64,000 nucleotides of DNA from Antedon mediterranea (lineage: Eukaryota; Animalia; Echinodermata). Every line of letters starts with the position of its first letter. Position 1 is the first letter of the stretch. The stretch covers positions 23,981,175 to 24,045,174 of the forward strand of contig NC_092677.1 in assembly GCF_964355755.1 (NCBI RefSeq), given 5' to 3'. The translations under genes were made by a program, and so were the position numbers. Shown here in pieces: positions 1 through 12,138 of this stretch. Under the pieces are notes generated by a model. It was given only the letters and a program-made list of their open reading frames with translations, did no database searches and had not been told where the DNA came from.

Positions 1-63
1 AGGAACAATTATACTTAAAACTTTTAATGATCACTTGAATATGAAATGCTCTCTTTTTCTTAG

Positions 64-212
64 GTACATACAATCAGAATATACAATTATATGATGTTAT
101 TACTCACAAACATCTTAGTGACTTGACAGCCCATATTGGTACAATTACAGACCTTCATCTCTCTCCTTGCAATATGTTTCTAGTGTCAACATCATTTGAT
201 TCCGTTGTCAAG
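64..212 (+). CDS. WD40 exon variant A (149 nt, phase 1-0)
   Basis: ttttcttag acceptor, AAG|gtaaca donor; encodes one WD40 repeat. Confidence 0.85.
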
Positions 213-3200
213 GTAACAACAAACAATGATAACACGGACTCTTACTTTTCATCATGGCTTTCACGTTGCATGCCTTTCTTTCACCTCCCACACCATTTGT
301 ATGACTCTATATATGTCGGTTTTATTTTGTAGGTACTTATAATCGAAATTTGCAAATTTTTGATCTGGTGTCCCACCAGCATGTGAAGTCACTTCGGGGA
401 CATGTTGGTATTGTCACTGATTTAGGCTTGTCCCCAGCCAAACAATTTCTACTTTCTGGGTCATATGACTGTACAATTCAGGTACAGTATATGAAAAGCA
501 ATAACAATCACCTTAATATGCACTATACTACTGCATTACTAATAATACGGTGGCTGGACCATGATTCCCACTAAAGCGTGGTTCCCACTAGCGACGCAAC
601 ACAAGGATGTAACGCAACGCAAGTGAATTGACCAATCACAATCGATGACTTATTCGCTTGTGATTGCTAACTGTCTATAACTTCGCTTGTCATTGGTTAA
701 AACGCTTGCGTTGCGTTTACGTCCTTGCGTTACATTCTAGTGGGAACCAAGCTTAAGATGCAATGCAAGGCTGTAAACGCAACACAAGCAAGTTGACCAA
801 TCACAATTTACAGACCATATTACTTGCTTGTGATGTTGGTGCGTTGAAAAGCCTTTAGCGTATGTCACCCATCCCATGTCATTTACAAGTTGTCTTTTCT
901 GTTGACTGACGTTTGGAGGATATAAGAGACAATTGTGAATGTAAATATATTGGCGTAGGTGGAGTGTGGAACTAGTTGTAGAAAAAAGAATAAAATTATA
1001 AATGTGAAAAAACTTCGCTTGTGATTGGTCAAATTACTCGTGTTGCGCTTACAAGTAACATCCTTGTGTTGCATCCTAATGGGAACCAAGCCTTAATCCA
1101 AGGCATAACAATACAATATAATTCAGCAAGTTGAATGGATTAGCAGCTGACCAATTCATTGCAGAGGCGCTGTACACATCGTAAATCTATGTATACAGTA
1201 TGGCCAGAACTTATTATTTATGCTACAAATACTACTGCAACGTGTATTGCAACTGCTACCAACACATGTACTAGTGCTGTTTCCATAACTGTTTCTGCAG
1301 AGTAGTTTTATAATACTACTTCTGCTGCAGCAACACAACTATTCACTGCCACTATCACTGCACTTTAGCCACCGCTACTGTCACATACATTAATACTGTA
1401 ATGTCACTGATAATTCTGCAAGTAATGCTACTGCAACTTTTAATAATAATAATAATAATAATAATAAGATTTATACAGCGCACATATCACTAAAGTGCTC
1501 AAGACGCTTGTGAAAAACCATGAAAACATATAAACCTTAAACCTAAATACAATTGATAAATTTGACAAAAACCGAAAAAAATAAACAAGATCAATCTTTT
1601 ACTGTATTATTGCTGTCATTTTCGCAACTAATGCCTAGTCCTACTTTCTCTGCTACAGTTACATTGATAATTGCATTGTAGCAACTAATTCCTGCTCCTC
1701 ATCATGCTTCACATGCTAGCTGAAACCAATTATATTGTTATTGCTGCTACAGTCACATGGCATTATGTATATACATGTGGGATGCCACAATGAAAGCACT
1801 ACTTCTTCAATCATGTAATATTAAGCAACTACAACTAAACACAGGAAAGACTGGGTTGGATGGGACTTATTAAAACAAATGGAAATCAAATCTAACTTGC
1901 AAGTCTTCCTTTCTTTGATGATAGTAAAATACATTTTAAATAATTTACAGAAACAAACAAACTTAATACATTTTACTAATACACAAACACTGTAAATGAA
2001 TGCAAAATCTTGACATGTTTGTGCTGCTAACAAGATGTAAAAAAAAAAGGAAGCTATTTATATAGCCTGGGTTCGAGGCGGATTTTTGTTTTAATGTTAG
2101 TAAAAAGATAAATATTTTGGCACATGTGGCGTTTCATACGTATACTACTTGTCAGACTATGATGTTTTGGTATTGCATGTTAATTTACCTTACTTTATGT
2201 ATCTTGCAGCATTTTTTTTTTATATTTAATATTCTGTAAAGGTTTATCATTATAAACTTTCTAAAATTGTATGAAACATTTTGATTGGGAAGAAATTGAC
2301 ATAGATAAACTTTATTTGTCAAAAATGTAACATTTTTGAAAACTTGTTAATATATTTTTTTTACAGATTTGGAATCTTGAAAACTTTCTGCCACTACAAA
2401 CATTAAGTCGGCATGAGGGTGGTGTTAATGCGCTAGCATTGAAGAATGGCTTATTATTCACTGGGTCAGATGACAAAGAAATTAAGGTAGGCCTCAATAT
2501 TCTTGTTTTGTAAAACAAAATAACACATACAATAAAATTTCCAAAATGCAGCCTTATTTAAAAAAAGAGTTTCTTCAGTCCAAAACAAATAACAAATTCT
2601 ACAACTATGGATGATGTAGTTCTTTTGATGACTGCATAACAGTTGGTTTCCATAGATTGCACTTGCAGCTTGTGCTGCAGAATTTACAGTTAGTTTCTCA
2701 TTGTTGAATCTGGTTGCTCAATATGCTATACAAATTTGAATGCTTTGAAATGGAAATTTCCAATTTCGCCATTTCAGTTATTTGAAAAGTGAAAAAACAT
2801 TGGATCTATACTTCTATGTGTCCTTGGATGTCTCATGAAAATAATAATGAATGAATATATGTATTTTTGAATTGGGAGATTATTTTCATTATTTTTTAAT
2901 TCAACAATTGGCTCCACCTTGTTATACCGTAGTATGTACAGTAATGTAATAGTCAATCTTTCAAAGAATGAAATATTCTCCCCTAGACTTGCTCCAAGTC
3001 TGTAGTTATTTCGAGGCTTTTCGATGTTTGTCCGGAGTTTACAAGCTCAAGTAGTATGCGTATGAAATGAAATGTGCCAAAATATTGATTTTTTACTATT
3101 ATTAAGTCAAAACTTTCTCCCCATTCAACTCATAACATTCATTATTTGTATAACATACAAAGTATATTTTGGGGTAGATATAATCCCTAGATTAAAATTC

Positions 3201-3763
3201 TATCTTTTGATACTTTTGTGTAGATCATCTTATGGCTTATTGCCATGTGTAAAGGATTGCCACCTTAAAGATGTATTGTCCCCAAAAACATGAAAAATGA
3301 ACAATTAATGAAATCAGACTTTAAATAGGCCATTTTGCAGTTTGAATAAATGTATTCACTTCTGTAAAAAAAAACAATAAAAAATTATTTCTGTTATATA
3401 AAGACAAATTAAATGTTTAATTTTAACCAAAAACTAAGAAATATATATAATAAAAAAACGTATTATGCTACTGTGTATGGTATTGCCCAAGGCTTCTGAA
3501 TCGCTTACAGATTTGTTTTTGGGTCTAGGTTAGGCCAAACTGTTTTCAGTTTTTTTTATTTTTTAGTTTAGCGATTTGCATGTAGCATAACCTTTATAAA
3601 TCATATGCATACAATCGAGATGCCTTTTGAAACATAACCTACTTTAAATTTACTGTTTCATCTTCACTCAACATTTTTAATCAACATAAACTTTTTTCCG
3701 CAGATTTTCAAATATTTCAAACTAATGACACACTCTGGCTATGGCAATCATATATCTGTATAG
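64..3763 (+). CDS. 3' part of TRAF7-like WD40-repeat protein gene (5' exons lie outside the window); exons 64-212 OR 333-481, then 2367-2486 and 3704-3763
   Basis: AG/GT-bounded exons splice in frame to (G)TYNQNIQLYDVITHKHLSDLTAHIGTITDLHLSPCNMFLVSTSFDSVVK|IWNLENFLPLQTLSRHEGGVNALALKNGLLFTGSDDKEIK|IFKYFKLMTHSGYGNHISV*. This resembles the last WD40 repeats of TRAF7 (GTYENLIHVWD...GHVGTV...SASYD...QTLLRHQGSVTAL...LFSGAVD, from memory). Confidence 0.8.
333..481 (+). CDS. WD40 exon variant B (149 nt, phase 1-0)
   Basis: ttttgtag acceptor, CAG|gtacag donor; encodes (G)TYNRNLQIFDLVSHQHVKSLRGHVGIVTDLGLSPAKQFLLSGSYDCTIQ, colinear with variant A. Confidence 0.85.
575..753. mobile_element. PIF/Harbinger-type MITE, nested in an older relative (~560-1095)
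   Basis: TIR AGC(G/T)TGGTTCCCACTAG, TAA on both sides, extensively palindromic; the flanks rejoin into a diverged copy ending ...ctaatgggaaccaagcct. Confidence 0.85.
1441..1580 (-). mobile_element. Probable LINE (L2-like) 3' tail fragment
   Basis: (AAT)n followed by atttatacagcgc...gtgctcaagacgctt, the typical L2-type 3' end in reverse orientation. Confidence 0.4.
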
Positions 3764-4611
3764 AGGACAACAAATATACATAGTATAAAGGAGTAAAGAA
3801 ACAATAGGAAAAGTTTCCAATACTGTTTAGAATTTGGCTGTCCGCAATTGTGGAACTTCACCCCAAAACTGAAGATTTTTGGAAAATATAGTCAGCCATT
3901 TTTATGTACTCCATAAGTTTTTAAATGAAAACTATGCAGATCTAGATCTTCCAACACACTACTTGTAAGCACCCATCCAAAGCTAAAGTTGGCTTAGTCA
4001 GCCATTTATTTTGTCAATGTGCTCCTGATATTCGACACTTTTTTTTGTTTAAATAAAAAAACCTAATGGATTTTTTTAGACAGTGTACTAAATAAATCAT
4101 AAATTTAAACATGACACACTGTTTGCAAACTAAATGGATAATGTTAATATTAAAATTACTCTAACGATTGATTGATTTGATGGATGGATAGGTTAATTAA
4201 AATACTGTTATAATTAGGTTTTATAAATATATTGAACATGTGACCTGATTGTCTTTCAAATTTGAACATTCTTTTTATTTCTCTGCAATATTACAATTTG
4301 TAAAGTGTATTCATAAGCCTAATAAATTTAAAATATTTTATAGCTAAAATAATAATAAAAAATGTTTGTATTCAATTTCATGTACTTTAAACCAAATTTT
4401 GTCATTTTAAACTGTATTTTGTGGACCAATAGTATAGTTTATTTCACTATACTCAAATTTTAAAGATGTATTGTTCCCAAAAACACGGAAAATTAATATT
4501 ACTAAAAACAATTTTGAATAGACCATTTCACAGTTATAATAAATATAAAAAAAAAATTTAAGATCAATCCAAGTTAAATCAGGAGAAATATGGAATACTT
4601 TTATGATACAT

Positions 4612-5090
4612 CTTTAAAAGCTCAGGTACAGGAATGAATTTTAAATGAAATATTTGGTTAATTGTACATAAATCAAAGACGAAAATACATGAATTTCCCT
4701 TAAAATGGTCAAATACAAAATTTGGCAAAATTCTGCTATAAAAACAGTAGTTAACCTAATGTAATAACATGTCTGGTGACTCCCTAGAAGGTGGACAAAT
4801 ATGCTGTATTCAGATTTATTATCGTTTAATTTGAGTAGATTGGTCGAAAGCCAGGTATGGTTGTCTTTAAAGCTCAGGTACAGGCATGAATTTTAAATAT
4901 AATATCTGGTTAATTGTACATAAATCAAATATTTGTAACAGAAATCAAGACAAAAAAACATGAATTTCTCTTAATATGGTCAAATACAAAATTTAGCAAT
5001 ATTCTGTCATAAAAACCAGGAAGAATTTTTTTCAGTAGTTAGGTAGTTAACCTAATGTAATAACATGTCTGGTGACTCCCTAGAAGGTGA
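4612..5090. repeat. Local tandem duplication (~190-230 bp, 2 copies)
   Basis: ctttaaagctcaggtacagg...gtctggtgactccctagaaggtg occurs at ~4612-4793 and ~4865-5089. Confidence 0.8.
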
Positions 5091-6011
5091 AAAAAGATGG
5101 TGGATATACGGTTGATACTTTTTTCTATAGCATGAAAATAAAACTATGAAGTTGAATAAAAAATACTAGAAACGTAAAAGTTTCAAGTTCTGATAACATT
5201 TTTTACCACACCGTTTATTTTTCATAATTTCTTTTAAATGCCTCTCTATTTACGACATTTGTGTATAAAAGAATAGAGATTTTACTGTGTAATTTGAACT
5301 ATAGTTAATTGAACTTTTAAAAAAAGCACTTATCTACTGAGTCTTTATAACCATAATTCCATTATAACAAATACTATATGCTAGGTTCGAGTCTTCCATT
5401 TGTTATTGTCTCATATTTTTTAATTTTTAAATTGTATATCTTCTGCCATATATTATTGTTATGCATATTTCATTTGTATGTTATGCTGTTTGTTGTGACT
5501 GTCTATGCTATTTTTAAAGGATGATCCCATTGGAATTAAGTTGATTTTTCTTTCAACTTTATGGGTTATCTGGTTTCTTATTTAATGTATTTGCTTGTAA
5601 ATTGATTGTATTCATATTGTATTGTAATCTTTTGTTGAAACCGAATAAAATCAAATCATCCCCCCCACTGACAGACAGTGCTTATTCCCAACACACTTGT
5701 ATAACATAAATAAAATCCTAAACATTATGAAACATAGGGGACACTATAGATCGATAATTATTGGAATGTATGATCAACAGAAAATTGTACCCACACCTAG
5801 CATGTAATGTATACTTTAAATTTCTTTTCTTTTTACTCTCAATCTCTTTTTTTCTTTTTCAAATAAATATAATATATATTGTATTATTAATATTATTAGA
5901 AAATGGGCTTATTTCACGTCACTGATTTTGTATTGATTGGTGTTTGTTTTTTTCCACATAGTTTTACATAATGGGAGCAATCTGTAATTGGTTAACTTGT
6001 TCTAATTTTAA

Positions 6012-6553
6012 AGATGTATTGTCGGTTGAAACACGAAAAAAGAAAAAAAATATATTCTAAATATAAATTGGCCATATCAAAGTAATATTAAAGTTATTCA
6101 CTTTAAGTCGAAAATTCGAGGCAAAAACAACAAGTTTACGTAATTAACAGGTAAATTAATTTGATTACATTTCGTTTGGAAAATCGTCACCAGCGAAAGT
6201 AAACAAAGATTTCAAACCACGAGTATGCATTATGCATGATGCTAATTAGGATTGTTTACAACTCGTCGCGGTTGAGAAGGTGTTTTCACACAGATCGAGA
6301 GGAAGTTTTATGATTATGCATACGGAGTAGCCAAACAAGCGCATTGCATTACGAGATATGTTTTGATCGAAAACTTTGACTGGAAATCAAAGTTATTTTT
6401 TTAACAAAAAAACGTCCGTATTTTGGTTACATTAATTTTTTTTCAACTAATTTTTGGTGAAAGTTAATAACTATTATGATAATTCAAAATGACCCACCTT
6501 TTTTCGAAATATATAAAAAAAAAAATTTAATTAGTCAAAGGGACAATACATCT
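6012..6553. mobile_element. Kolobok-like non-autonomous element (TTAA TSD)
   Basis: TTAA|AGATGTATTGTC...GACAATACATCT|TTAA; related ends at ~3270, 4464-4613, 45591, 46769. Confidence 0.7.
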
Positions 6554-6955
6554 TTAACTTATTTTTTCTCATTTATAATTTATTAATTCTTGAAAACATT
6601 CTTCAAAGATGCCATGTTACTTTAATTGCTTTTATCCTTCGTTTTAAAAGTCTTTCTTTTATAATATACAGGACAGCAGTTTACTGAAGTGCATCAGTTA
6701 CATTATCAAAGTACACAATGCTGGGATCATATCTGCATGCCCTCGTTATAAAGGACACATTTGTTTATAATTCTGGAATTCCCCCTGGACTATAGATGTT
6801 CTAAATTTAGCTGCACTTCTGACGTCATAAATTAAAGCTATTGTTAGGCCTAACCATGTCTATTGTTATGTCCGTGCTTGAGGTACGCCATGTACGACAT
6901 TTTGTCTCAATATTTCTGGTAGTCCTATATATTTTGTAAGGCTTCTTCTTTTAGA

Positions 6956-9067
6956 ATGGCAGATAACGATGAATTAACGAGTAAGCGTCGTCTGATGGAA
7001 GATCTTGCAAATTCAGTTATCGGCTTATGCACAGTTAGTAGACAAACTAAAATATCATATTTTAGGATAGAACAGGAGATACAAAATAATGTAGCCAAAC
7101 AACTGTTATGGTGGCCACAACACAACTATCAAACTGGAAGCATGTTTGAAGGAATGCATGTAAACGTCTGTAGTGACCACGATATGATGATGAGAAAGCG
7201 AATATTTCCAATCGTCTTATGGGAGTCGCAAACACCAGGCCTAGAAGACCAAACCAGTTCGGTGGGATATGCTGTTGCCGAGCAGACTGAACCGGTGTTT
7301 TTACGGCTTAAAGTTGAAGACAAAGACGGCCTAAACATAGATATTCAACGTCTGGTTAATAACGATGGGTATTTAAAGACGGATGATTTCATAGAATATA
7401 ATCGTACATCCGTGAATGAATATTCTATAGACGGATCTGAAAAACATGGTCCCTCTGTATCAAGTAAAGTTAGAACAGCATCAAATGGAAAAGGAAACAT
7501 CATTTTGGTTGATAATGTATTTTGCTTGAAATGTAAGTCATGGCCGTCTTTTGCAAACAATTTCTTTACTAGAGAAAGACCAAACTGGCCGTCGCCAGAC
7601 CTGGTAGAAACGGTACGGCAAGTGGAATGCCTTGTAGTCGCCGTTGGACATCAAAACAGTCGCCATATTGATACTGAATGGAGATTATCTTTCTCTTTAG
7701 CTGAAAGAGAACTCATCCAGAAAATTCCTAGAATTTACGCCGAATGTATGTATGCACTAAAAGCAGTAAAATCCAAGTATATTGTATATGGTGAACTTGA
7801 CAAACCGACACCTTTCTGTTCTTATTTTATAAAGACTGCTTGTTTATGGGTATGTGAAAGGTCTTCAGATGAACATAAGACTGTCATGGATGTAAGTAGA
7901 AAAGTGATAGATTGGTTAATCAATTCCTACAAACAAAGAAATTTAAAGCACTATTTTATTCCCCAACAAAATTTGATAGAACATCTGGCAACAGAACGTT
8001 GTGACGGCGTAATAGACCAACTGGAATCAGTAAAGAAAGATCTCTGGACAATGGTGATGTCGAGTCTTCCTATAGCTTCATTTGTTCGTACTGATGTCAT
8101 CAATTCTATGTGTGATGCATTAGGAATCCCCAGAGTAAACACACCAGATGACTTTTCTGCTTTGGAAACCAATCTCTTGGGGCATTCTAGAGCGACAGAA
8201 AAAATTAAACTAGCCATTGAACAATTGGAACCAGGCAGTTCTACGCATAGTACATACAGATATTTAGAGAATTCAATGTGGGCGGCCAAAGATTTTCCTT
8301 CTTTGTTAAGAGTTTTCGACGCTGTTGCCAACACACAAGAGACTAGTTCGGAGATTATGAAGATCCCAGAAGACATAATGAGGCCTATTGTTGACAATAT
8401 TGAAACCATAGTATTGGAAGGTTACGGACCCTTATTCAAACAACGGTTGTATAGATTTTTAGGAGATGTATACACATACTTACTGATATATTTCCGCAGA
8501 TTTGGAATCAAACAACTCGAACCATACAGATCACTCTATTGCAAAAAGCCATTGCAGTATTACGAATTGGGCATTGACATGGTATACCCCGACAAATGGA
8601 GTGATAATCAAATTGGTGGACGAGCCGTTCTAGTGATATACCACTATCTAATGGCTAACTACAGCGAGCTGAAAGAGAAACTCAAAGTATTATTACCCAT
8701 AAGTCTTGCTGTTAACAAAGATAAAGTTATGATGAATCGGCAGATTAATGTGGAGATATCTACTCCGTTTCCTCTTGCGATGAATGCCTGGGAAGTTGCT
8801 GATGAACTGTTACACCACTTTGCCAAAATTCAACATAGAATTCTACTTCATCCCATAGCCCTTGCCTTGTACATAAATGCAAGACTTTCACTTGTAGAAG
8901 GAAAGACAGAAAACGCACGTTTGATGGTGCAGGAAATGACGACATGCGTAAATACAATTCTCAGGCATGAGGTGAAAGCGACTACTGTGTTATTAATACA
9001 TATTGTACAGAGTTTAATAGGCTTATTAGAAGTCATGAGGAAAATTCATTATTTGAGAATACACTAG
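6956..9067 (+). CDS. cGAS-like receptor (cGLR) / Mab21-domain nucleotidyltransferase with C-terminal helical (TPR-like) extension, 703 aa, single coding exon
   Basis: TGSMFEG (G61,S62), SDHDMM (D74,D76), HGPS, VDNVFCLKCxxWP (D186), VAVGH, EWRLSFSLAE, CSYFIKT, HYFIPQQNL: the motif series of the Mab21/cGAS fold. Confidence 0.92.
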   Translation: MADNDELTSKRRLMEDLANSVIGLCTVSRQTKISYFRIEQEIQNNVAKQLLWWPQHNYQTGSMFEGMHVNVCSDHDMMMRKRIFPIVLWESQTPGLEDQTSSVGYAVAEQTEPVFLRLKVEDKDGLNIDIQRLVNNDGYLKTDDFIEYNRTSVNEYSIDGSEKHGPSVSSKVRTASNGKGNIILVDNVFCLKCKSWPSFANNFFTRERPNWPSPDLVETVRQVECLVVAVGHQNSRHIDTEWRLSFSLAERELIQKIPRIYAECMYALKAVKSKYIVYGELDKPTPFCSYFIKTACLWVCERSSDEHKTVMDVSRKVIDWLINSYKQRNLKHYFIPQQNLIEHLATERCDGVIDQLESVKKDLWTMVMSSLPIASFVRTDVINSMCDALGIPRVNTPDDFSALETNLLGHSRATEKIKLAIEQLEPGSSTHSTYRYLENSMWAAKDFPSLLRVFDAVANTQETSSEIMKIPEDIMRPIVDNIETIVLEGYGPLFKQRLYRFLGDVYTYLLIYFRRFGIKQLEPYRSLYCKKPLQYYELGIDMVYPDKWSDNQIGGRAVLVIYHYLMANYSELKEKLKVLLPISLAVNKDKVMMNRQINVEISTPFPLAMNAWEVADELLHHFAKIQHRILLHPIALALYINARLSLVEGKTENARLMVQEMTTCVNTILRHEVKATTVLLIHIVQSLIGLLEVMRKIHYLRIH

Positions 9068-9112
9068 TACCGTAGTATATCTTGTGATAAATTGAATACG
9101 TTAATATTAAAA

Positions 9113-9212
9113 CAAGGCTGCGGTCTATTCGCGTGCTCAAATTTGATCTTGTGTTTACCGACCGACTATCATCCGACAAAACCGCCCGACATAGTGAGCT
9201 GTTGTGTGACTA
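9113..9212 (-). mobile_element. Mini HINE/DINE-like element (~110 bp) in the cGLR 3' flank; copies at ~27690-27790, 27850-27975, 36010-36110, 44680-44760
   Basis: Shared core acagctcactatgtcggtcgg...caaatttgagcacgcgactgcagcc...ggccttgtt with subTIRs, (GGTC)n and a 3' hairpin. Confidence 0.65.
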
Positions 9213-9588
9213 ATAATTCAACGTTATGCATACATATAACACTCATTGTTTATGTAATTCGTCTACGTTAAAACAGTTTGAATCCCCTTTTTGATTGTAA
9301 GCGGTAGAGCGCCACAAAATATTCATTATTAAAATATAAAGACACAATTAGGTTAGGTTTATCGGTTAGTGTGAGATTTTGTTGTCTTCAGAAACTGAAA
9401 ATTGCAAATCGAAATGAAAGGTCCTATCTGTTCCATTTATTTTCGTAAATACTTCAAGAGGTTAATTATTATGTCATTTAACTAGCTGTAGATATGAGTG
9501 TATATCTATATTTATTTTCTCTATGATGAAGTATTTGAATTAATGTGCTGCTCTTCCAATTTAGTAAGGAATAGTGTGGTGGTGTTAG

Positions 9589-12138
9589 CAGTGGTGGCGC
9601 CAGCGGGGGGGCTACGGGGGCTCTAGCCCCCTCGTCGGGGAGCCTAGCCCCCCGTCGGGGAACACGGGTACTTTTTGTCGGGGAATATAACATACAGTAA
9701 AAAACGTTCGCGTTCACTTCATATAGCTTCAGCGCCTAGAAAACCACGACGTTCCATTGACGGTGAGAGTACGTCAGAGGGCTATTATGCACTTTTATGC
9801 ATTCATTATTGCCAGAGATCTAACTACTAAACAATAGCTAGTACGCACTTGTTTAGCGGTATCCCTTTGTACGAATCGTTCACAGTTGGGTCGAGACGCG
9901 TGATATCATGTTCCATCCAGGGACCAAAATGTGTAATGTAGTTATTTTCCAGGCGAAGTTTACCGACGGTTACCGAAGGGAACACGGGTACTTTTTGTCG
10001 GGGAATATAATATACAGTAAAAAACGTTCGCGTTCACTTGGTAGCTTCAGCGCCTAGAAAACCGCGACGTCTCATTGACCGTGAGAGTACGTCAGAGTGC
10101 TATTATGCAATTTATATGCATTCATTATTGCCAGCGATCTTAGGTCGTGTTCGTACGGTGGTTAAAATAAGCGCTTAATTTCACCCATGCCTCGGGTTAT
10201 AAATTGAGCGTTGTTCGTACTTGAAATATTTAACCGCTTAAATGCTTAATCGACGAATCACAAACCGGAAATTACGTTTTAAGGTCAGTTGTCTTTACAA
10301 CCTACGACCCCATTTTCGCACGCTAGTTTCGTGTTGTATATTTTTTACTCGCGATCTTTCTTTACAATAACAATTACTTGCTACCTTTTACACTGCTTAT
10401 CCTTGCGACAAACCTTATGCCTCTTAACGCCGATAATCCTGCCGAAATATGCCTTCTCCTGACGACCATTATTTTACTAATTGACGAAGAATTTGAGCCC
10501 AATGTTACACGACGGAAACACCACCGACCAGCGGCTCCCCGACCAGCTAGGCCTACTAAGCGGTCTACACCAACAAGGACAGCACCAGCTGACGATCGCT
10601 CTCGAAGCGTGTATGGAAGAGCTTCGTAGGATAAATGACGGGCCTAGGCAGCGAACGTTTGTCAAAATTTGACACATTGCCTCTATCGGAGATTTATTAT
10701 CCTCGAAGGCCGAGTATAATTGGATTATCGCTGAAATAACCTGCAAATTTGGTGAACATTTTACCTCGAATTTTTTGTAGCCTGAGGCAAAAGTTAATTG
10801 GATCACGCGAACGGAAATCGGGAATAAGCTGGTATTTTCAACCCCTACGAACAGGCCCTAACTTACTACTAAACATTAGCTAGGTACGCACTTGTCTGGC
10901 GGTATCCCTTTGTACGAATCGTTCAACGTTGGGTCGAGTAGCGTGATATCAAGTTCCATCCAGGGACCAAAATGTGTAATGTAGTTATTTTCCAGGCGAA
11001 GTTTACCGACGGTTCGGGTACTTTTTGTCGGGGAATATAATTCGTTCGCGTTCACTTCGTAGCTTCAGCGCCTAGAAAACCTCGACGTTTCATTGACCGT
11101 GAGAGTACGTCAGAGTGAAATTATGCACTTTATATGCATTCATTATTGCCAGCGATCTAAATTACTACTATAAACAATAGCTATAGGTACGCACTTGTCT
11201 GGCGGTATCCCTTTTGTACGAATCATTCAACGTTGGGTCGTGATATCATGTTCCATCCAGGGACCAAAATGTGTACTGTAGTTATTTTCCAGGCGAAGTT
11301 TACCGACGGTTACGTCGTGTACTGTGTCGACGTACGCTACACTAGTTACAGCAAAAACGAATTATGTTAATTGTTCGTATGTTCACCAATTTTTTAATTT
11401 ACAAGTAACCTTCTGTACCGTGGGGCACCTAAAATAAATATTTCATCCATTACTAAACAAAAAAACATGCCATTTTCGCTTAGCCAACATCTTATTATAG
11501 CTAAGTTATTACATTTTCAATGTCCTGTATGTCATGAATTTCTCACCACTCGGAAGTCCAGATGGTACGCAGGCATACACTTGGGAGGAATAAACTTATT
11601 TCCCCGACTGAAAAAGGTCTACGCTTGCGTTTTTTAAGCCTCTGGGCCTGATGTTTCCAAAGTATAAAATGCAATTTTTTGAAGACCTGCAGCTCTAGTT
11701 TTAAACATTTTCTTAGCTCAGCCCCAACAATAAAGCTGGTCATGTTTCGAAGTACAAGAAGTGCATTTTCCGGGACCTAACATCTCTATTTTTCAAACAT
11801 TTCTTAGCTCAGTCACAACCATGATAGGGACTTATATATTTTGTTTCATGTTTTGAAGTATAATAAGTCCAATTTCCAGGACCTCCAACTCTATTTTTAT
11901 AAATTTTCTTTGAACTTTTATTTTTTAAATTGAAAAAATGGCTACCCTAAATCTGATTAAAATAATGACCTCAAATGACGCTAGAACGCGTTGCTTCCGG
12001 GGGCTTCGCCCCCTGGACCCCCACCGGGGGCCCTTGGCGGCCCCCTGGCCCCCAGCCTTGTGATGCTCGCTTCGCTCGCATAGCCCCCTCGTCGGGGAAT
12101 GTAGCCCCCGCGTCGGGAAGATCCTGGCGCCACCCCTG
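9589..12138. mobile_element. Non-autonomous hAT-type DNA transposon containing three internal ~320-bp tandem units
   Basis: TIRs CAGTGGTGGCGCCAG / CTGGCGCCACCCCTG; perfect 8-bp TSD GGTGTTAG (9581-9588, 12139-12146); no transposase ORF. Confidence 0.9.
10143..10858. mobile_element. Harbinger/PIF-type non-autonomous element nested in the hAT element
   Basis: Imperfect TIRs GGTCGTGTTCGTA / TACGAACAGGCCC, TTA/TAA flanks; interrupts the second internal tandem unit. Confidence 0.75.

Noticed and set aside
1230-1760. Thr/Ala-rich mucin-like coding stretch
   Set aside because: Degenerate trinucleotide low-complexity sequence in an intron, with stops and no convincing splice sites.
7129-9036. Antisense ORFs within the cGLR
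   Set aside because: Shadow frames of the real coding strand with no recognisable motifs.
10378-10806. Overlapping ORFs as a transposase or small gene
   Set aside because: Short, lack DDE or Myb motifs, and lie within a non-autonomous element.
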